Shown: positions 48,084 through 58,216, numbered from the stretch's first letter. The stretch: DNA of 64,000 bases from Candidatus Poribacteria bacterium (GCA_965116925.1 OZ220744.1:5440001-5504000), one strand, 5' to 3'. Translations and numbers: made by a program. The notes: generated by a model from the sequence alone, not told the origin.

Positions 48084-49247
48084 ATGATGAACAAGATTGG
48101 GCAACTTTTGGGGCTATTTCTCAAGTTAGGTGTCACCGCTTTTGGAGGACCCGCGGCACACATCGCAATGATGGAGGATGAGGTTGTCACACGTCGCGGT
48201 TGGATGACGCGCGAGCGATTCCTGGATCTAATCGGTGCAACGAATCTCATCCCCGGTCCCAACTCCACCGAAATGGCAATCCACATCGGTTTTGTGCGTG
48301 CAGGGATTGCGGGATTGTTGGTTGCAGGTGTCAGCTTTATTCTGCCTGCGGCATTAATTACATTGGGTTGTGCGTGGGTTTACGAACGGTTTCAGACGGT
48401 TCCACAGGCGGAGGCGCTGCTATATGGTATTAAGCCTGCGGTCATCGCTGTTATTCTTAGTGCTGTGTGGCGATTGGGCAAAACAGCGGCGAAGGGCCCC
48501 TTTCTGATTGTTGTCGGATTCTTGGTGATGCTGCTTGTCCTGTTTGGCATCAACGAAATTATAGCGTTGCTCGGTGGTGGGATTGTCGGTATCCTATGGC
48601 AGCTCGGAAGTCGACTGGGCAAAGGGAAAGCAGTACTCGGTTTTGCATGGCTTCCCTCTAGTAATCTGGTACTCGCAGTCACGACTGCCCCTTCGTCGTC
48701 AGTTACCCTCTCTTCTCTTGGGCTCTTCTTCCTCAAAATTGGCTGCGTCCTGTTCGGTAGCGGTTACGTCCTGATCGCCTTCCTGCAAGGTGGTCTAGTT
48801 GAGCAGCATCAATGGTTGACGCAGCAACAACTCCTCGACGCTGTTGCGATTGGGCAGTTCACGCCGGGCCCCGTCCTCACGACTGCCACATTCATCGGCT
48901 ATGTCTTAGCGGGACCTCTTGGTGCGCTTGTGGCGACTCTTGGCATTTTTGGACCATCATTTTTATTTGTATTAGCGACTAACCCACTCATTCCGCGCCT
49001 GCGCCAGTCAGCGGTTGCCGGGGCGTTTCTGGATGCGGTCAACGCAAGCGCGATTGGGTTGATGGCAGCGGTCACGGTTGAGTTAGCGCGTCACACGTTG
49101 CTCGATTGGGAATCCAAGCAGATCGATTGGGGAGCCGGGCTGATTGCTCTCGTATCGGCTGCGGTGCTGTTCCGCTATAAAGTGAACGCAGCGTGGCTGG
49201 TGTTGGGCGGTGCAGTGATAGGTTGGTTGTTGAAGACAGTACTATAA
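48084..49247 (+). CDS. chrA: Chromate efflux transporter (long-chain CHR)
   Basis: FLKLGVTAFGGP, IPGPNSTE, FGSGYV, GQFTPGP. Confidence 0.93.
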   Translation: MMNKIGQLLGLFLKLGVTAFGGPAAHIAMMEDEVVTRRGWMTRERFLDLIGATNLIPGPNSTEMAIHIGFVRAGIAGLLVAGVSFILPAALITLGCAWVYERFQTVPQAEALLYGIKPAVIAVILSAVWRLGKTAAKGPFLIVVGFLVMLLVLFGINEIIALLGGGIVGILWQLGSRLGKGKAVLGFAWLPSSNLVLAVTTAPSSSVTLSSLGLFFLKIGCVLFGSGYVLIAFLQGGLVEQHQWLTQQQLLDAVAIGQFTPGPVLTTATFIGYVLAGPLGALVATLGIFGPSFLFVLATNPLIPRLRQSAVAGAFLDAVNASAIGLMAAVTVELARHTLLDWESKQIDWGAGLIALVSAAVLFRYKVNAAWLVLGGAVIGWLLKTVL

Positions 49248-49272
49248 ACATGGCGCCCCTCTGGGGCTAAAT
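49242..49272. repeat. REP-like intergenic repeat, copy 2 (overlaps chrA stop)
   Basis: CTATAAACATGGCGCCCCTCTGGGGCTAAAT, similar to 491-521. Confidence 0.75.
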
Positions 49273-49393
49273 GCCCCGCCGAACCAATGATTTTTATGTT
49301 ACCCGCATCACGTTTCAAGTTATCAACAGCTGCAAACCAGCACCATTGGTTATTAGCGTAAAATTAACGAAAGATCTCAGCACAGAGGAAATA

Positions 49394-50197
49394 ATGTATC
49401 CAACGCTCATTGATTTTGGTCCCATAGCGATTCATAGCTTCGGTCTTATGATGGCGTTAGGCTTTCTTGCTGTCCTATTGATTTCACAGCGGGATTTGGC
49501 AAGAAAAGGGCTGGACCCGCGCCCGACATCATCGATAATTTTTGCGGCTGCGGTCGGTGGAATTATTGGCGCCAAACTGTACTCAGCGCTGCAAGATGGC
49601 AGAATCGAAATGGCAGAACTGATTTCAAATAGCGGGTTGGTTTGGTATGGTGGTCTTATTGGTGCGCTTGCTGCCGTTCTGTTTGTCATCCATCGGTCTC
49701 CCAACCCGATTCTGCCGACAATTGATACGATTGGTATGACGACCGTGCTCGGATATGGGATTGGGCGACTCGGGTGCTTTTTCTCTGGAGATGGGGATTA
49801 TGGACCACCGTCAGATCTACCGTGGGCGATGGCATTTCCTAACGGCACAGTGCCGACGGATATTCCCGTCCATCCGACGCCACTTTATGAAACAGGGATG
49901 TCGGTAATCGCTTTTGGATTGCTGTGGTCTATTCGCAAACAGAAGGAAGGTACGCCGGGGTGGCTATTGGGTGGAGCGTTTATTTTGGCGGGTATTGAGC
50001 GTTTTATCGCAGAATTTTTTCGCCTGAATCAACCGGCCCTATTCGGATTGACAGAAGCACAAGTTACAAGTGTTTTGATGATTATTATCGGGGGTTGTCT
50101 TATCTATTGGGTCACGCATCGTTCCGTCACAACAGAGGAAGCAGTTGCTCCAATACCGCCTTCATCCCCTAGACGAAAAAGGCGACGTCGGTCGTAA
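49394..50197 (+). CDS. lgt: Prolipoprotein diacylglyceryl transferase
   Basis: GLVWYGGL, GRLGCF, PWAMAFP, HPTPLYE, RF..EFFR; start moved to ATG 49394. Confidence 0.92.
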   Translation: MYPTLIDFGPIAIHSFGLMMALGFLAVLLISQRDLARKGLDPRPTSSIIFAAAVGGIIGAKLYSALQDGRIEMAELISNSGLVWYGGLIGALAAVLFVIHRSPNPILPTIDTIGMTTVLGYGIGRLGCFFSGDGDYGPPSDLPWAMAFPNGTVPTDIPVHPTPLYETGMSVIAFGLLWSIRKQKEGTPGWLLGGAFILAGIERFIAEFFRLNQPALFGLTEAQVTSVLMIIIGGCLIYWVTHRSVTTEEAVAPIPPSSPRRKRRRRS

Positions 50198-50209
50198 TCT
50201 ATTGCTAGG

Positions 50210-50404
50210 TTACCGTCCTGTTTTTCGCAAGCCCATCGTGATTTTCACGATACCCCTGATCATAACCATTGTTCCCGCGACTAAGAAGACGATAAGTCCC
50301 CACTGCTTGATTTGAGGGGACGGGTGAAAATACCCAATAAACGCAACAACCATTATGAGAATCAGTGTGTTCAACAGGACTTTATTCGTATACCATGTCT
50401 GCAT
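50210..50404 (-). CDS. Small two-TM hypothetical protein
   Basis: SD GAGG, ATG, two hydrophobic segments. Confidence 0.6.
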   Translation of the reverse strand: MQTWYTNKVLLNTLILIMVVAFIGYFHPSPQIKQWGLIVFLVAGTMVMIRGIVKITMGLRKTGR

Positions 50405-50457
50405 TGGTTTTTCCTCGCGGGTTCGGGCAGAAACTTATTCGCTAGTCACTTCCTAGG

Positions 50458-51270
50458 TTATGAAGTGCTAGCGTCGGCTTCAATGATTTCTAGTAACGTG
50501 GTGCGCCAGTTTTGGAGGTCCGACAGATTTTCTGTCAAGATGTCGTAGATCTCTTCTGGATTAACGCGATAATAGTGATGGACGACCAGATTCCGAAACC
50601 GCACCATTTCATCATAAATTGCTGTGGACGTTTGGTCAAGGTATCCGGCATCGGCAAGCACGACTGGAACCTGCCGATACGCATCGGCAGATGGTAATCC
50701 GAGTGAACGGATTACATAGAGGGAAATGTCTACCAACGCCTCAATGGAGATCTGAAGCAAATGGACTGCCGCTTCAAGATACCAGAACTCTGCCATGAAT
50801 TCATCGTAACTGAAACGACTCAATCTCTCAAGTTTACCTAAGTTCTCCTCAAATGTGTCAAAGTGGATCTGCACATCCTGTTTTCTCATCTGTCCATTCT
50901 CTATATATTCAGGCAGCCCCGCTTCGAGGCATTTGTATATGAGGTTGCGTTCATATTCCTTCCGTGCGCTTCTATCCGCCTCGTAGATCACCTTTCCAGT
51001 CTGCACCACCACTTGTTGAAACCAGAGCGGTTGATTCGTCAGATCTACCACATCTGCATTATCCTGCCCCACCACCGTAAACGCCTCATCAAGCAACCCT
51101 CCAATTAGGGTCCACCGCTTATCTTTGGGCCACTCCTCTGGTAGCAGCACAGCAAAGTCATAATCGCTGAAAGCATCGGTCTTTCCGCGGACCTGTGACC
51201 CGAAAAAGTAGGTCGCTACGATGCCGTCGGTTCCGGAAAAAATCTGTGCTAGCTGCTCTGTGTTGATCAT
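50458..51270 (-). CDS. Fused MNT nucleotidyltransferase (MntA-like) + HEPN/DUF86 ribonuclease (HepT-like)
   Basis: FGSQVRGKTDAFSDYD (GSX10DXD) and RNLVVHHY (RX4HXY) in one reading frame. Confidence 0.88.
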   Translation of the reverse strand: MINTEQLAQIFSGTDGIVATYFFGSQVRGKTDAFSDYDFAVLLPEEWPKDKRWTLIGGLLDEAFTVVGQDNADVVDLTNQPLWFQQVVVQTGKVIYEADRSARKEYERNLIYKCLEAGLPEYIENGQMRKQDVQIHFDTFEENLGKLERLSRFSYDEFMAEFWYLEAAVHLLQISIEALVDISLYVIRSLGLPSADAYRQVPVVLADAGYLDQTSTAIYDEMVRFRNLVVHHYYRVNPEEIYDILTENLSDLQNWRTTLLEIIEADASTS

Positions 51271-51308
51271 GAGGCTGCCTCATATCGGCGTTCAGTTGGT
51301 ACGCAGTC

Positions 51309-51336
51309 GTAGGGAACGCAGATCTGCGTTCCCTAC
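51309..51336. repeat. 28-bp GTAG palindrome, copy 2 (supplies the TAG stop of the aminotransferase)
   Basis: Identical to 31004-31031. Confidence 0.92.
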
Positions 51337-52508
51337 TTGAACAACGCTCGGCGTATTTGTCTAACAGCTTGGCGGATGCGGTCTTCGTTTTCGACAAGTG
51401 CAATCCGAATATATCCCTCTCCGTTGTGACCAAACCCCGCGCCGGGAGAGACGCAAACTTCTGCTTCATCAAGCAGCTTCATTGCGAAATCCATCGAGCT
51501 CATGTGGCGATACGGTTCAGGGATCGGTGCCCAGACAAACATTGTCGCCTGCGGTTTTTGCACCTTCCAGCCGATTCGATTCAGTCCCTCTACCAGCACA
51601 TCGCGGCGATGTCGATAGGTTTCCGCATTTGCTTCCACAATATCGGTATCGGTTCGGAGTGCCATGATTGCAGCGACCTGAATGGGGGCAAAAATACCGT
51701 AGTCGTAATAGCCTTTGATTCGCGCCAATGCGTCAACTAGATCGCGGTTGCCGACAGCGAACCCACACCGCCAGCCTGCCATGTTGTAGGACTTCGATAG
51801 AGAGATAAATTCAACTCCAACATCTTTGGCACCCTTCGCCTGCAAAAAACTGGGTGCCTGATAGCCATCGAAAACGATGTCAGCATACGCGAGGTCATGG
51901 ATAACGATGATGTCGTTTCGTTTGGCAAAATCGACGATTTCTTCAAAGAAGGCGAGTTCGATTACTGCTCCCGTTGGGTTGTGCGGGAAACTCAAGATTA
52001 AGACTTTGGGTCTGGGCCAGATATCCCTCGAAATTTCGTCGAGGCTTGGCACAAACTGATTTTCTTCGCGTAACGGAAGACTGACGACGCTGCCGCCAGC
52101 GATAACAGTCGCGTAGATATGGATCGGAAACGTTGGGTTTGGAACAAGTGCCAGATCGCCTTCATCTATCAATGCGAGTGCGAGATGGGAAAGCCCCTCT
52201 TTAGTCCCAATCACCGAGATTGCTTCATGGTTGGGATCGATTTGGACGCCGAAACGGCGTTCATAGTACCAACTGACCTCACGACGCAGATTGAAAATCC
52301 CACGTGATGCAGAGTAGCGATGATGGCGGCCTTCTTGGGCAGCTTCGGTCAGCTTATCTACAATGTGCTGCGGGGTTGGTCTGTCAGGGTTGCCCATCCC
52401 CAGATCGATGACATCAATCCCCTGCTGTCGTCTTTCATGGGTCAACTGCTTGAGTTTACCGAACATGTAGGGCGGTAATCGGTTGAGTCGTTTTGAAAGT
52501 GCGTTCAT
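51333..52508 (-). CDS. Class I/II PLP aminotransferase (AlaC / LL-DAP aminotransferase-like)
   Basis: DLGMGNPD, YSASRGI, FPHNPT, HDLAY, SLSKSYNMAGWR. Confidence 0.92.
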   Translation of the reverse strand: MNALSKRLNRLPPYMFGKLKQLTHERRQQGIDVIDLGMGNPDRPTPQHIVDKLTEAAQEGRHHRYSASRGIFNLRREVSWYYERRFGVQIDPNHEAISVIGTKEGLSHLALALIDEGDLALVPNPTFPIHIYATVIAGGSVVSLPLREENQFVPSLDEISRDIWPRPKVLILSFPHNPTGAVIELAFFEEIVDFAKRNDIIVIHDLAYADIVFDGYQAPSFLQAKGAKDVGVEFISLSKSYNMAGWRCGFAVGNRDLVDALARIKGYYDYGIFAPIQVAAIMALRTDTDIVEANAETYRHRRDVLVEGLNRIGWKVQKPQATMFVWAPIPEPYRHMSSMDFAMKLLDEAEVCVSPGAGFGHNGEGYIRIALVENEDRIRQAVRQIRRALFK

Positions 52509-52694
52509 AGTTGCTTACCTAAAAAGTTGTGCGAGTTTGGTAGCTATGCGGTGGCAGTGGAAAACGCAATGCGTCACATGGAAAAGGAAAGTACATCATG
52601 ACATTGTTAAGGAGTAAAACGTGAAACGTCAGAAAAAGTTTCCCGTTGATGCACTTGTGGACAGGCGTATTGCACATAGCATGTTACCACTTCC

Positions 52695-53453
52695 CTACAC
52701 CCCTGCAAAGCCTCGAATCTTTGGGACATCATCCGCCCACAACCCATCAATCTCATGCCGTAACAGCCACTTGACATCGCGCCGGTTCAGTACAAATCCG
52801 CCTTCGACAGCGATGCCTTTCGCTTTCAGGCGTCTAACCTTCCGGATCAATGAATGCGCAATAATATTGTAGAGACGAAAGTGATTAATTCGGCTCCAAC
52901 CGATAACAATCCGGTTCGCGTCAATAGCTTCTGCCTTCTTGAGGAGGTTCGCCATTGGGTTGATGATAATCGCGCTCGTCTGAATTTCAGGTTCGATCTG
53001 CTTTACTTGGACTAGCAATTCCCTACGCGAATAAAAGGTTAGAATACCGACCTTATCGACGAGATCAAATTGTTGGATGCGCTCAACTAAAAGTGGAATA
53101 AGACTTTTTGCATTCTCTTTCGGTTCGATGAAGCACGGCAATTCAGTCTCCTGAACGAAAGAGAGCACCTCATCAAGATGCGCCACAGGCTCAGGGGAAT
53201 CGAGAACCTTCAGTTTTTGGACATCCGTCCAGTTCAACTCGCTCAACGGAGATGTGCAGCCCGTTACCTCCTGAATGCTGTCCTCATTAAAACCGGTGTG
53301 GACGATAATCGGTTCCTGATCCTTGGTCAGGCGGACATCACACTCAAAGGCATCTGCGCCATCCTCAAATGCTTGCCTGAAGGAAACGATTGTATTTTCG
53401 GGGGCACGGTCTAGCCCGCCGCGATGAGCGAGTATTTTGATTTCGGTTTTCAT
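52695..53453 (-). CDS. Glycerophosphodiester phosphodiesterase
   Basis: AHRGG...PENT...ECDVRLTKD. Confidence 0.9.
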   Translation of the reverse strand: MKTEIKILAHRGGLDRAPENTIVSFRQAFEDGADAFECDVRLTKDQEPIIVHTGFNEDSIQEVTGCTSPLSELNWTDVQKLKVLDSPEPVAHLDEVLSFVQETELPCFIEPKENAKSLIPLLVERIQQFDLVDKVGILTFYSRRELLVQVKQIEPEIQTSAIIINPMANLLKKAEAIDANRIVIGWSRINHFRLYNIIAHSLIRKVRRLKAKGIAVEGGFVLNRRDVKWLLRHEIDGLWADDVPKIRGFAGV

Positions 53454-53503
53454 GCGGACGTTCTGGATTTATCGGTTCAATCTCCCTGAGCGTTGGACAT
53501 CTT

Positions 53504-54235
53504 TCACGCTTCGCGCTTCTTATGCCATATCTTTTCAAACCGGTCCCGTGGAGCGAAACCGAGAATCCGTTTTGCTTTATGGTTGGTGAACCGCTGATGA
53601 GGGAGGTCGGTAAAGATACTAAACACCTCACACCGCGAGGGAAGCGTGTCGAGGTCAATTTCTAAGCCGAGGCGGAATGATTCCCCTGCATCCCGCCAAG
53701 ACACCGAAAACGGGGTGAGGTCTGCGCCTTCAGCCGGATCATCGTCAGGTCGGAAGTTGTAAAAGAGATAGCAGAGGACGTAGATATCGTAATTTTCAGT
53801 GAAGATTTTACAGATTTCCTGTCCAAGCCCTTTTGTGATTGGGTACAAACCTGTCCCCGGTTGGGGCGGAACGTCCGGATCTATCTCATAATCGTAGTGT
53901 TCGTAAGTTGGACCTGTGATTGTAAAATGGGGTCCCGTGTTGATAACCCGTCGGATACCGTGTCCAACCGCTGCTCGCATTGCGTTATAGCAACCGCGTG
54001 TGCTGACATCGAAAGCGAGTTGTCGGTCATGACGGAGGACAGAGCAGTTAATGATCGCATCCATCCCTTCCGCTGCCCGCATAACCTCGTCCAAAGATGA
54101 GACATCAACCTGCATCGATTCATGTTTCGTGTCAATCGGTGTGATATCTGTAATGCGGAGCTGATAGTATGGCTCCAACGCTTTTTCAACATGGGGACCG
54201 AGATAACCGTGTCCACCCAGAATCAATACCTTCAT
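53504..54235 (-). CDS. NAD-dependent epimerase/dehydratase (uronate dehydrogenase-like)
   Basis: ILGGHGYLG and YPITK intact. Confidence 0.85.
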   Translation of the reverse strand: MKVLILGGHGYLGPHVEKALEPYYQLRITDITPIDTKHESMQVDVSSLDEVMRAAEGMDAIINCSVLRHDRQLAFDVSTRGCYNAMRAAVGHGIRRVINTGPHFTITGPTYEHYDYEIDPDVPPQPGTGLYPITKGLGQEICKIFTENYDIYVLCYLFYNFRPDDDPAEGADLTPFSVSWRDAGESFRLGLEIDLDTLPSRCEVFSIFTDLPHQRFTNHKAKRILGFAPRDRFEKIWHKKREA

Positions 54236-54245
54236 ATTTCACCTC

Positions 54246-54950
54246 CTATACCGAAAATTGTGGGTTAAATTCGAGCGATGCTTTTGCTTTGTTGATGAAA
54301 AAGCGCGAATTGGGGAATTCTGACTGGATATGATAGATTTCCCACCTTCTTTCACCGGAGGTGTTGAGAGCGCATTCAAAGGCGTGGATCGCATCGTTCA
54401 TCTCAAGCCACGTTGAGTCAAACGGTTGATTCGCCGCTGCCTCTGTTGTGACCAGTGTGCCGAGTCGGAGACAGGCGATTTTCATGTGCCCTTCGCGGGC
54501 GAACTCTCGACAGGTAAACTCACCGAGATATTTTGATAGAATTGACGCGTCCGTTGATGGACGCGGCCTCCACACTTCGGTGACTGTCCAATCTTCGTCG
54601 TGCGAATCAAAGAGGTGAAGGGTACTTGCATAGATTGCACGGGGAACGCTCTCTTCAACCGCTGCCATCAAGAGGTTATAGGTGCAGCGTGTCTGGAAGT
54701 CAATCTCTGAGTTTTCTGGTTGGTTCGATTCTGACAAAACGGAAGGCGGCATTTGTGCTACATGCACAATGGCGTCTATTCCCTGAACAAGTTTGTTTGT
54801 TGCCTCATCATGCCCAAGGTCGCTACGCACAAATTCAAGGTCGGTTTCGACATCAATTAGATCTGTCAAACGAATTTGATGCTCGCCGGACAATGCGCTG
54901 GCTAATCCTTGTGCCAGATCAGAAGCGGCTGAAGTGATAAGAATATTCAT
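54246..54950 (-). CDS. NAD-dependent epimerase/dehydratase-like protein with degenerate motifs
   Basis: ITSAASDLA in place of GxxGxxG; SILSK in place of YxxxK; start ATG 54950 with GGAG SD. Confidence 0.75.
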   Translation of the reverse strand: MNILITSAASDLAQGLASALSGEHQIRLTDLIDVETDLEFVRSDLGHDEATNKLVQGIDAIVHVAQMPPSVLSESNQPENSEIDFQTRCTYNLLMAAVEESVPRAIYASTLHLFDSHDEDWTVTEVWRPRPSTDASILSKYLGEFTCREFAREGHMKIACLRLGTLVTTEAAANQPFDSTWLEMNDAIHAFECALNTSGERRWEIYHIQSEFPNSRFFINKAKASLEFNPQFSV

Positions 54951-55101
54951 AGTGAGGTCTCCAACAGATAGTATGATCAGTGATCCACGAATGCTCCCGT
55001 TGGATTGAGTGGGTTTGAGGGGCACTGATAGTAAAAAGCGGGGTCAATATATCACAGGATTCAATCGAAGAACAAACAAAATCTCACTGCGGACTCGTGT
55101 C

Positions 55102-55452
55102 TTAGACCGTTGCCTCGACGGTAAACCCACCGACCAGCGAATAGTTAGCTGCATAATGGTGGAGTTTGGCGTTAATGTCCAATATCTCGTCCGGCGTGTG
55201 ATGTACGCCTTCTTTGGACCAGACCGCATTATTCGCCTCCACACTCGCCCAGAGGGTCATCCAGACATAGTCGTGTTCGGATTGTGCGACGCCGGCGAGG
55301 TCTCCCTTGTAACCCTTAAGTAATTCGACATTAAGACAGTTAGGGAGCGATCGAATTGTGGGTAGAAATTGATGCAGCATGAAATCCTCAAACTGTTCGC
55401 GTTCAACATTCTGTTTGAGTTCAATTGTGTGAATGGCGCGAAAATGTGACAT
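55102..55452 (-). CDS. Hypothetical protein, probable dimeric alpha-beta barrel fold
   Basis: SD AAGGAG; ELKQNV..E.FE.FM...LLKG...YVWMTLW.S. Confidence 0.65.
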   Translation of the reverse strand: MSHFRAIHTIELKQNVEREQFEDFMLHQFLPTIRSLPNCLNVELLKGYKGDLAGVAQSEHDYVWMTLWASVEANNAVWSKEGVHHTPDEILDINAKLHHYAANYSLVGGFTVEATV

Positions 55453-55480
55453 TTCGTACTCCTTTACCAAAACAATAAAA

Positions 55481-55513
55481 ATGGGAAAGCAAAATATGGC
55501 TATGCTTTCCCAT
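55481..55513 (-). terminator. Probable intrinsic terminator after ino1
   Basis: ATGGGAAAGCA/TGCTTTCCCAT stem followed by TTTT on the minus strand. Confidence 0.55.
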
Positions 55514-55527
55514 GGATTCGACTGCAA

Positions 55528-55555
55528 GTAGGGAACGCAGATCTGCGTTCCCTAC
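55528..55555. repeat. 28-bp GTAG palindrome, copy 3
   Basis: Identical to 31004-31031. Confidence 0.92.
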
Positions 55556-55563
55556 GTTACTCC

Positions 55564-56634
55564 TTATCTGCCACCGATAAAATCTTCCACCATTGCTAAG
55601 GCTTCGGCGTCAGCATACTGACGCGGTGGCGACTTCATAAAATAGGCACTTGGACCGTAGAGTGCACCACTAATGCCCCGGTCTCGCGCAATTTTGCAAC
55701 AGCGAATTGCATCAATCGCTACCCCCGCCGAATTGGGCGAATCCCATACCTCTAATTTGACTTCAGCCCGGACCGGAATATCACCGAATTCCGTTCCTTC
55801 GATATAGAGATAGCACCATTTCCGATCTTCGAGGAAGGGCACATAATCGCTGGGCCCAATGTAGACATTTTTCGGTGCGACCTCATGGTTGAGTTGGGAA
55901 ACGACCGCATCTGTTTTGGAGATGCGTTTGGATTCCAACCGTTCCTTTTCCAGCATGTTTTTGAAGTCCATATTTCCGCCAACGTTCAATTGAGAGGTAC
56001 GTTCAAGTTTCACGCCGCGATCACTCATCAATTTTGCAAGAGCCCGGTGAACGATAGTGGCTCCGAATTGCGCCTTAATATCGTCTCCAACGATGGGCAA
56101 GCCAGCCGCTTCAAACTTTGCACGCCATTCGTCATTTTTCGCAATGAATACGGGCATACAATTCACAACAGCACAACCGGCGTCCAACGCCTGTGCCACA
56201 TACCATTTCGTTGCTGCTTCACTGCCAACAGGTAAATAATTGATGAGAATATCGGCTTGCGTTTCGCGTAGAATCTCAGCGACATCAACGACTTCAGCAG
56301 GCGATTCATCGACTGTCTCATGGTAGTATTTAGCAAATCCATCCATCGTGGCGCCACGCTGGACAATCACACCGGTCTTTGGCACGTCTGAGAATTTTAT
56401 AGTGTTATTAATTTCGGCAAAAATCGCATCGGCAACATCAAGTCCGACTTTGTTCTTATCGACATCAAAAGCTGCAACAACTTTAACATCACTCACATGG
56501 TAGGGTCCGAACTTAACGTGCATCAGACCGGGAACGAACTCATCGTCTTTGGCATTTCGATAGTATTCAATACCTTGAAGCAAAGAAGATGCACAGTTTC
56601 CGATACCCACAACGGCAACGCGAATTTCAGGCAT
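55564..56634 (-). CDS. ino1: myo-inositol-1-phosphate synthase
   Basis: [43 protein letters not shown]. Confidence 0.95.
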   Translation of the reverse strand: MPEIRVAVVGIGNCASSLLQGIEYYRNAKDDEFVPGLMHVKFGPYHVSDVKVVAAFDVDKNKVGLDVADAIFAEINNTIKFSDVPKTGVIVQRGATMDGFAKYYHETVDESPAEVVDVAEILRETQADILINYLPVGSEAATKWYVAQALDAGCAVVNCMPVFIAKNDEWRAKFEAAGLPIVGDDIKAQFGATIVHRALAKLMSDRGVKLERTSQLNVGGNMDFKNMLEKERLESKRISKTDAVVSQLNHEVAPKNVYIGPSDYVPFLEDRKWCYLYIEGTEFGDIPVRAEVKLEVWDSPNSAGVAIDAIRCCKIARDRGISGALYGPSAYFMKSPPRQYADAEALAMVEDFIGGR

Positions 56635-56743
56635 TTTAATAATCCTCCTTGTATCTGTTCAAATCACCACATTATCGATTTGGTTCATTATAACATGAGT
56701 GGATATAAATTTCCATCTGTATTTGATGGATTCGAGTTGGATG

Positions 56744-58216
56744 TCACATCGGATCCAGTGGAAAGATTGGTCTTCGCACGTTTTGATAGGTAAAATGCAG
56801 CGGATTCACCGCTGTTAGTCCGGGGGTATCAACTTCAATAATTTTCCCCGCGATAGGTTCGTAAGCTGCACGATAGGCGATGGCAGCCTTGACAACGATA
56901 TGCTTCATCTGCCGTGGATCAATTCCCAAGCTGAAAAGTTGATGTAGACTGAATGGCACTTGGCGTTTGCTCGTTAGCACAATCAGGCTCTTCCCTTCAA
57001 TTTCGACAACTGCTGTGATGCCCTGATCTTGGTATCGTCCACCGCCGTGCCGAGGCTCTGTCTCCTCGTAGCAGCCATCGTGGATGAGACGGACATGCCC
57101 ACATATTGGGACTGGTGAGCCGTGTAGGTCGTCCGATTTCCCGCCGACGGTCAGGTCAACCTCCCCGCGAACCCCCGCCTGAATACACGCCTCCACCTCC
57201 TGTGGAGCGTAGAGGATACAGACGAATCCGTCCGCTTTCTGCTTTAACAACTCACTCAAAATGAACGTGCTGTCTCCCGGCGAACCACCTCCGATGTTAT
57301 CTCCCATCTCGACCAGTATGACAGGGTGTGACTCGCTCTGCATTGCTTGCGTGACCGCCGCTGCTGCATCTGGAAGGTTGATGTCCAACTGATTGTGCAC
57401 ATTCCACAGCATGTTCGATAACCCCTCGGCTTCTGTTTGGGCGAGTTGTGAGTTGTTATCGGTCACAACGACAGCGGCGGGACCGACCTCATGGACATCG
57501 GCGTATGGGTATCCTGCCGCAATGTTTGCCACAAGAACGTTAGATCTGGTTTCTAGCTGCGCTGCTTCCTGAAGGATTGGGAGCATCGGCTCGACACTGG
57601 TGTATTGATGCCGGATATTGAAAATCATCGGCGGCTTTGCGAGGGCTTGCGTTGGCTTAATTTCCCTATTAACTGTGCGCCTCAGAATCTCTGCGGCTTG
57701 GAGTCCTCGCTGACGTTGATCGACGTGTGGATTCGTTTTGTAGATGACCAGTGCCGTTGATTCAGCGACCATCTGCTCGGAGACATTGGTGTGGTGGTCG
57801 AGCGTGGAGACAATAGGAAAATCGGCTCCCAATGCCCGGCGCATCCGGCGGAGCACCTCACCATCGCCATCGGGGTAGCTTTCAACGACCATCGCACCGT
57901 GCAGGGCAAGTAATACGCCATCAAGATTGGGCACTGACTGAATGCGCTGGATGAGTTCGGCAACAGTTTCATTAAAAAACGCATCCGTCACTCTGCCTGC
58001 CGGTGTCGCTGCAGCCATCAGGGTTGGGCGTAAATCCCAGTTGTATGTTGATGCCCCTTCGATAAAACCGCCAATCTCATGATGGGATTCTCCCCAGATA
58101 TCGAGGATATCGTTACCAAAGATCAGATACCCGGACTCAAATGCAGCACGGTCTGTCGGCACGTTACTGAATGTGTTAGATTCGTGCAAGATCCCCCCAA
58201 TTGCGATGGTTGCCAT
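56744..58216 (-). CDS. M81 family metallopeptidase (MlrC-like)
   Basis: HESNTF, LHGAM, DHHTN, PHVD, DNIGGGSPGD. Confidence 0.92.
   Translation of the reverse strand: MATIAIGGILHESNTFSNVPTDRAAFESGYLIFGNDILDIWGESHHEIGGFIEGASTYNWDLRPTLMAAATPAGRVTDAFFNETVAELIQRIQSVPNLDGVLLALHGAMVVESYPDGDGEVLRRMRRALGADFPIVSTLDHHTNVSEQMVAESTALVIYKTNPHVDQRQRGLQAAEILRRTVNREIKPTQALAKPPMIFNIRHQYTSVEPMLPILQEAAQLETRSNVLVANIAAGYPYADVHEVGPAAVVVTDNNSQLAQTEAEGLSNMLWNVHNQLDINLPDAAAAVTQAMQSESHPVILVEMGDNIGGGSPGDSTFILSELLKQKADGFVCILYAPQEVEACIQAGVRGEVDLTVGGKSDDLHGSPVPICGHVRLIHDGCYEETEPRHGGGRYQDQGITAVVEIEGKSLIVLTSKRQVPFSLHQLFSLGIDPRQMKHIVVKAAIAYRAAYEPIAGKIIEVDTPGLTAVNPLHFTYQNVRRPIFPLDPM

Noticed and set aside
49271..49393. 41-aa N-terminal extension of Lgt
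   Set aside because: Runs through repeat-derived intergenic DNA; SD and typical start are at 49394
31004..55555. 28-bp palindromes as CRISPR repeats
   Set aside because: Copies are 4-20 kb apart with no spacers and no cas genes
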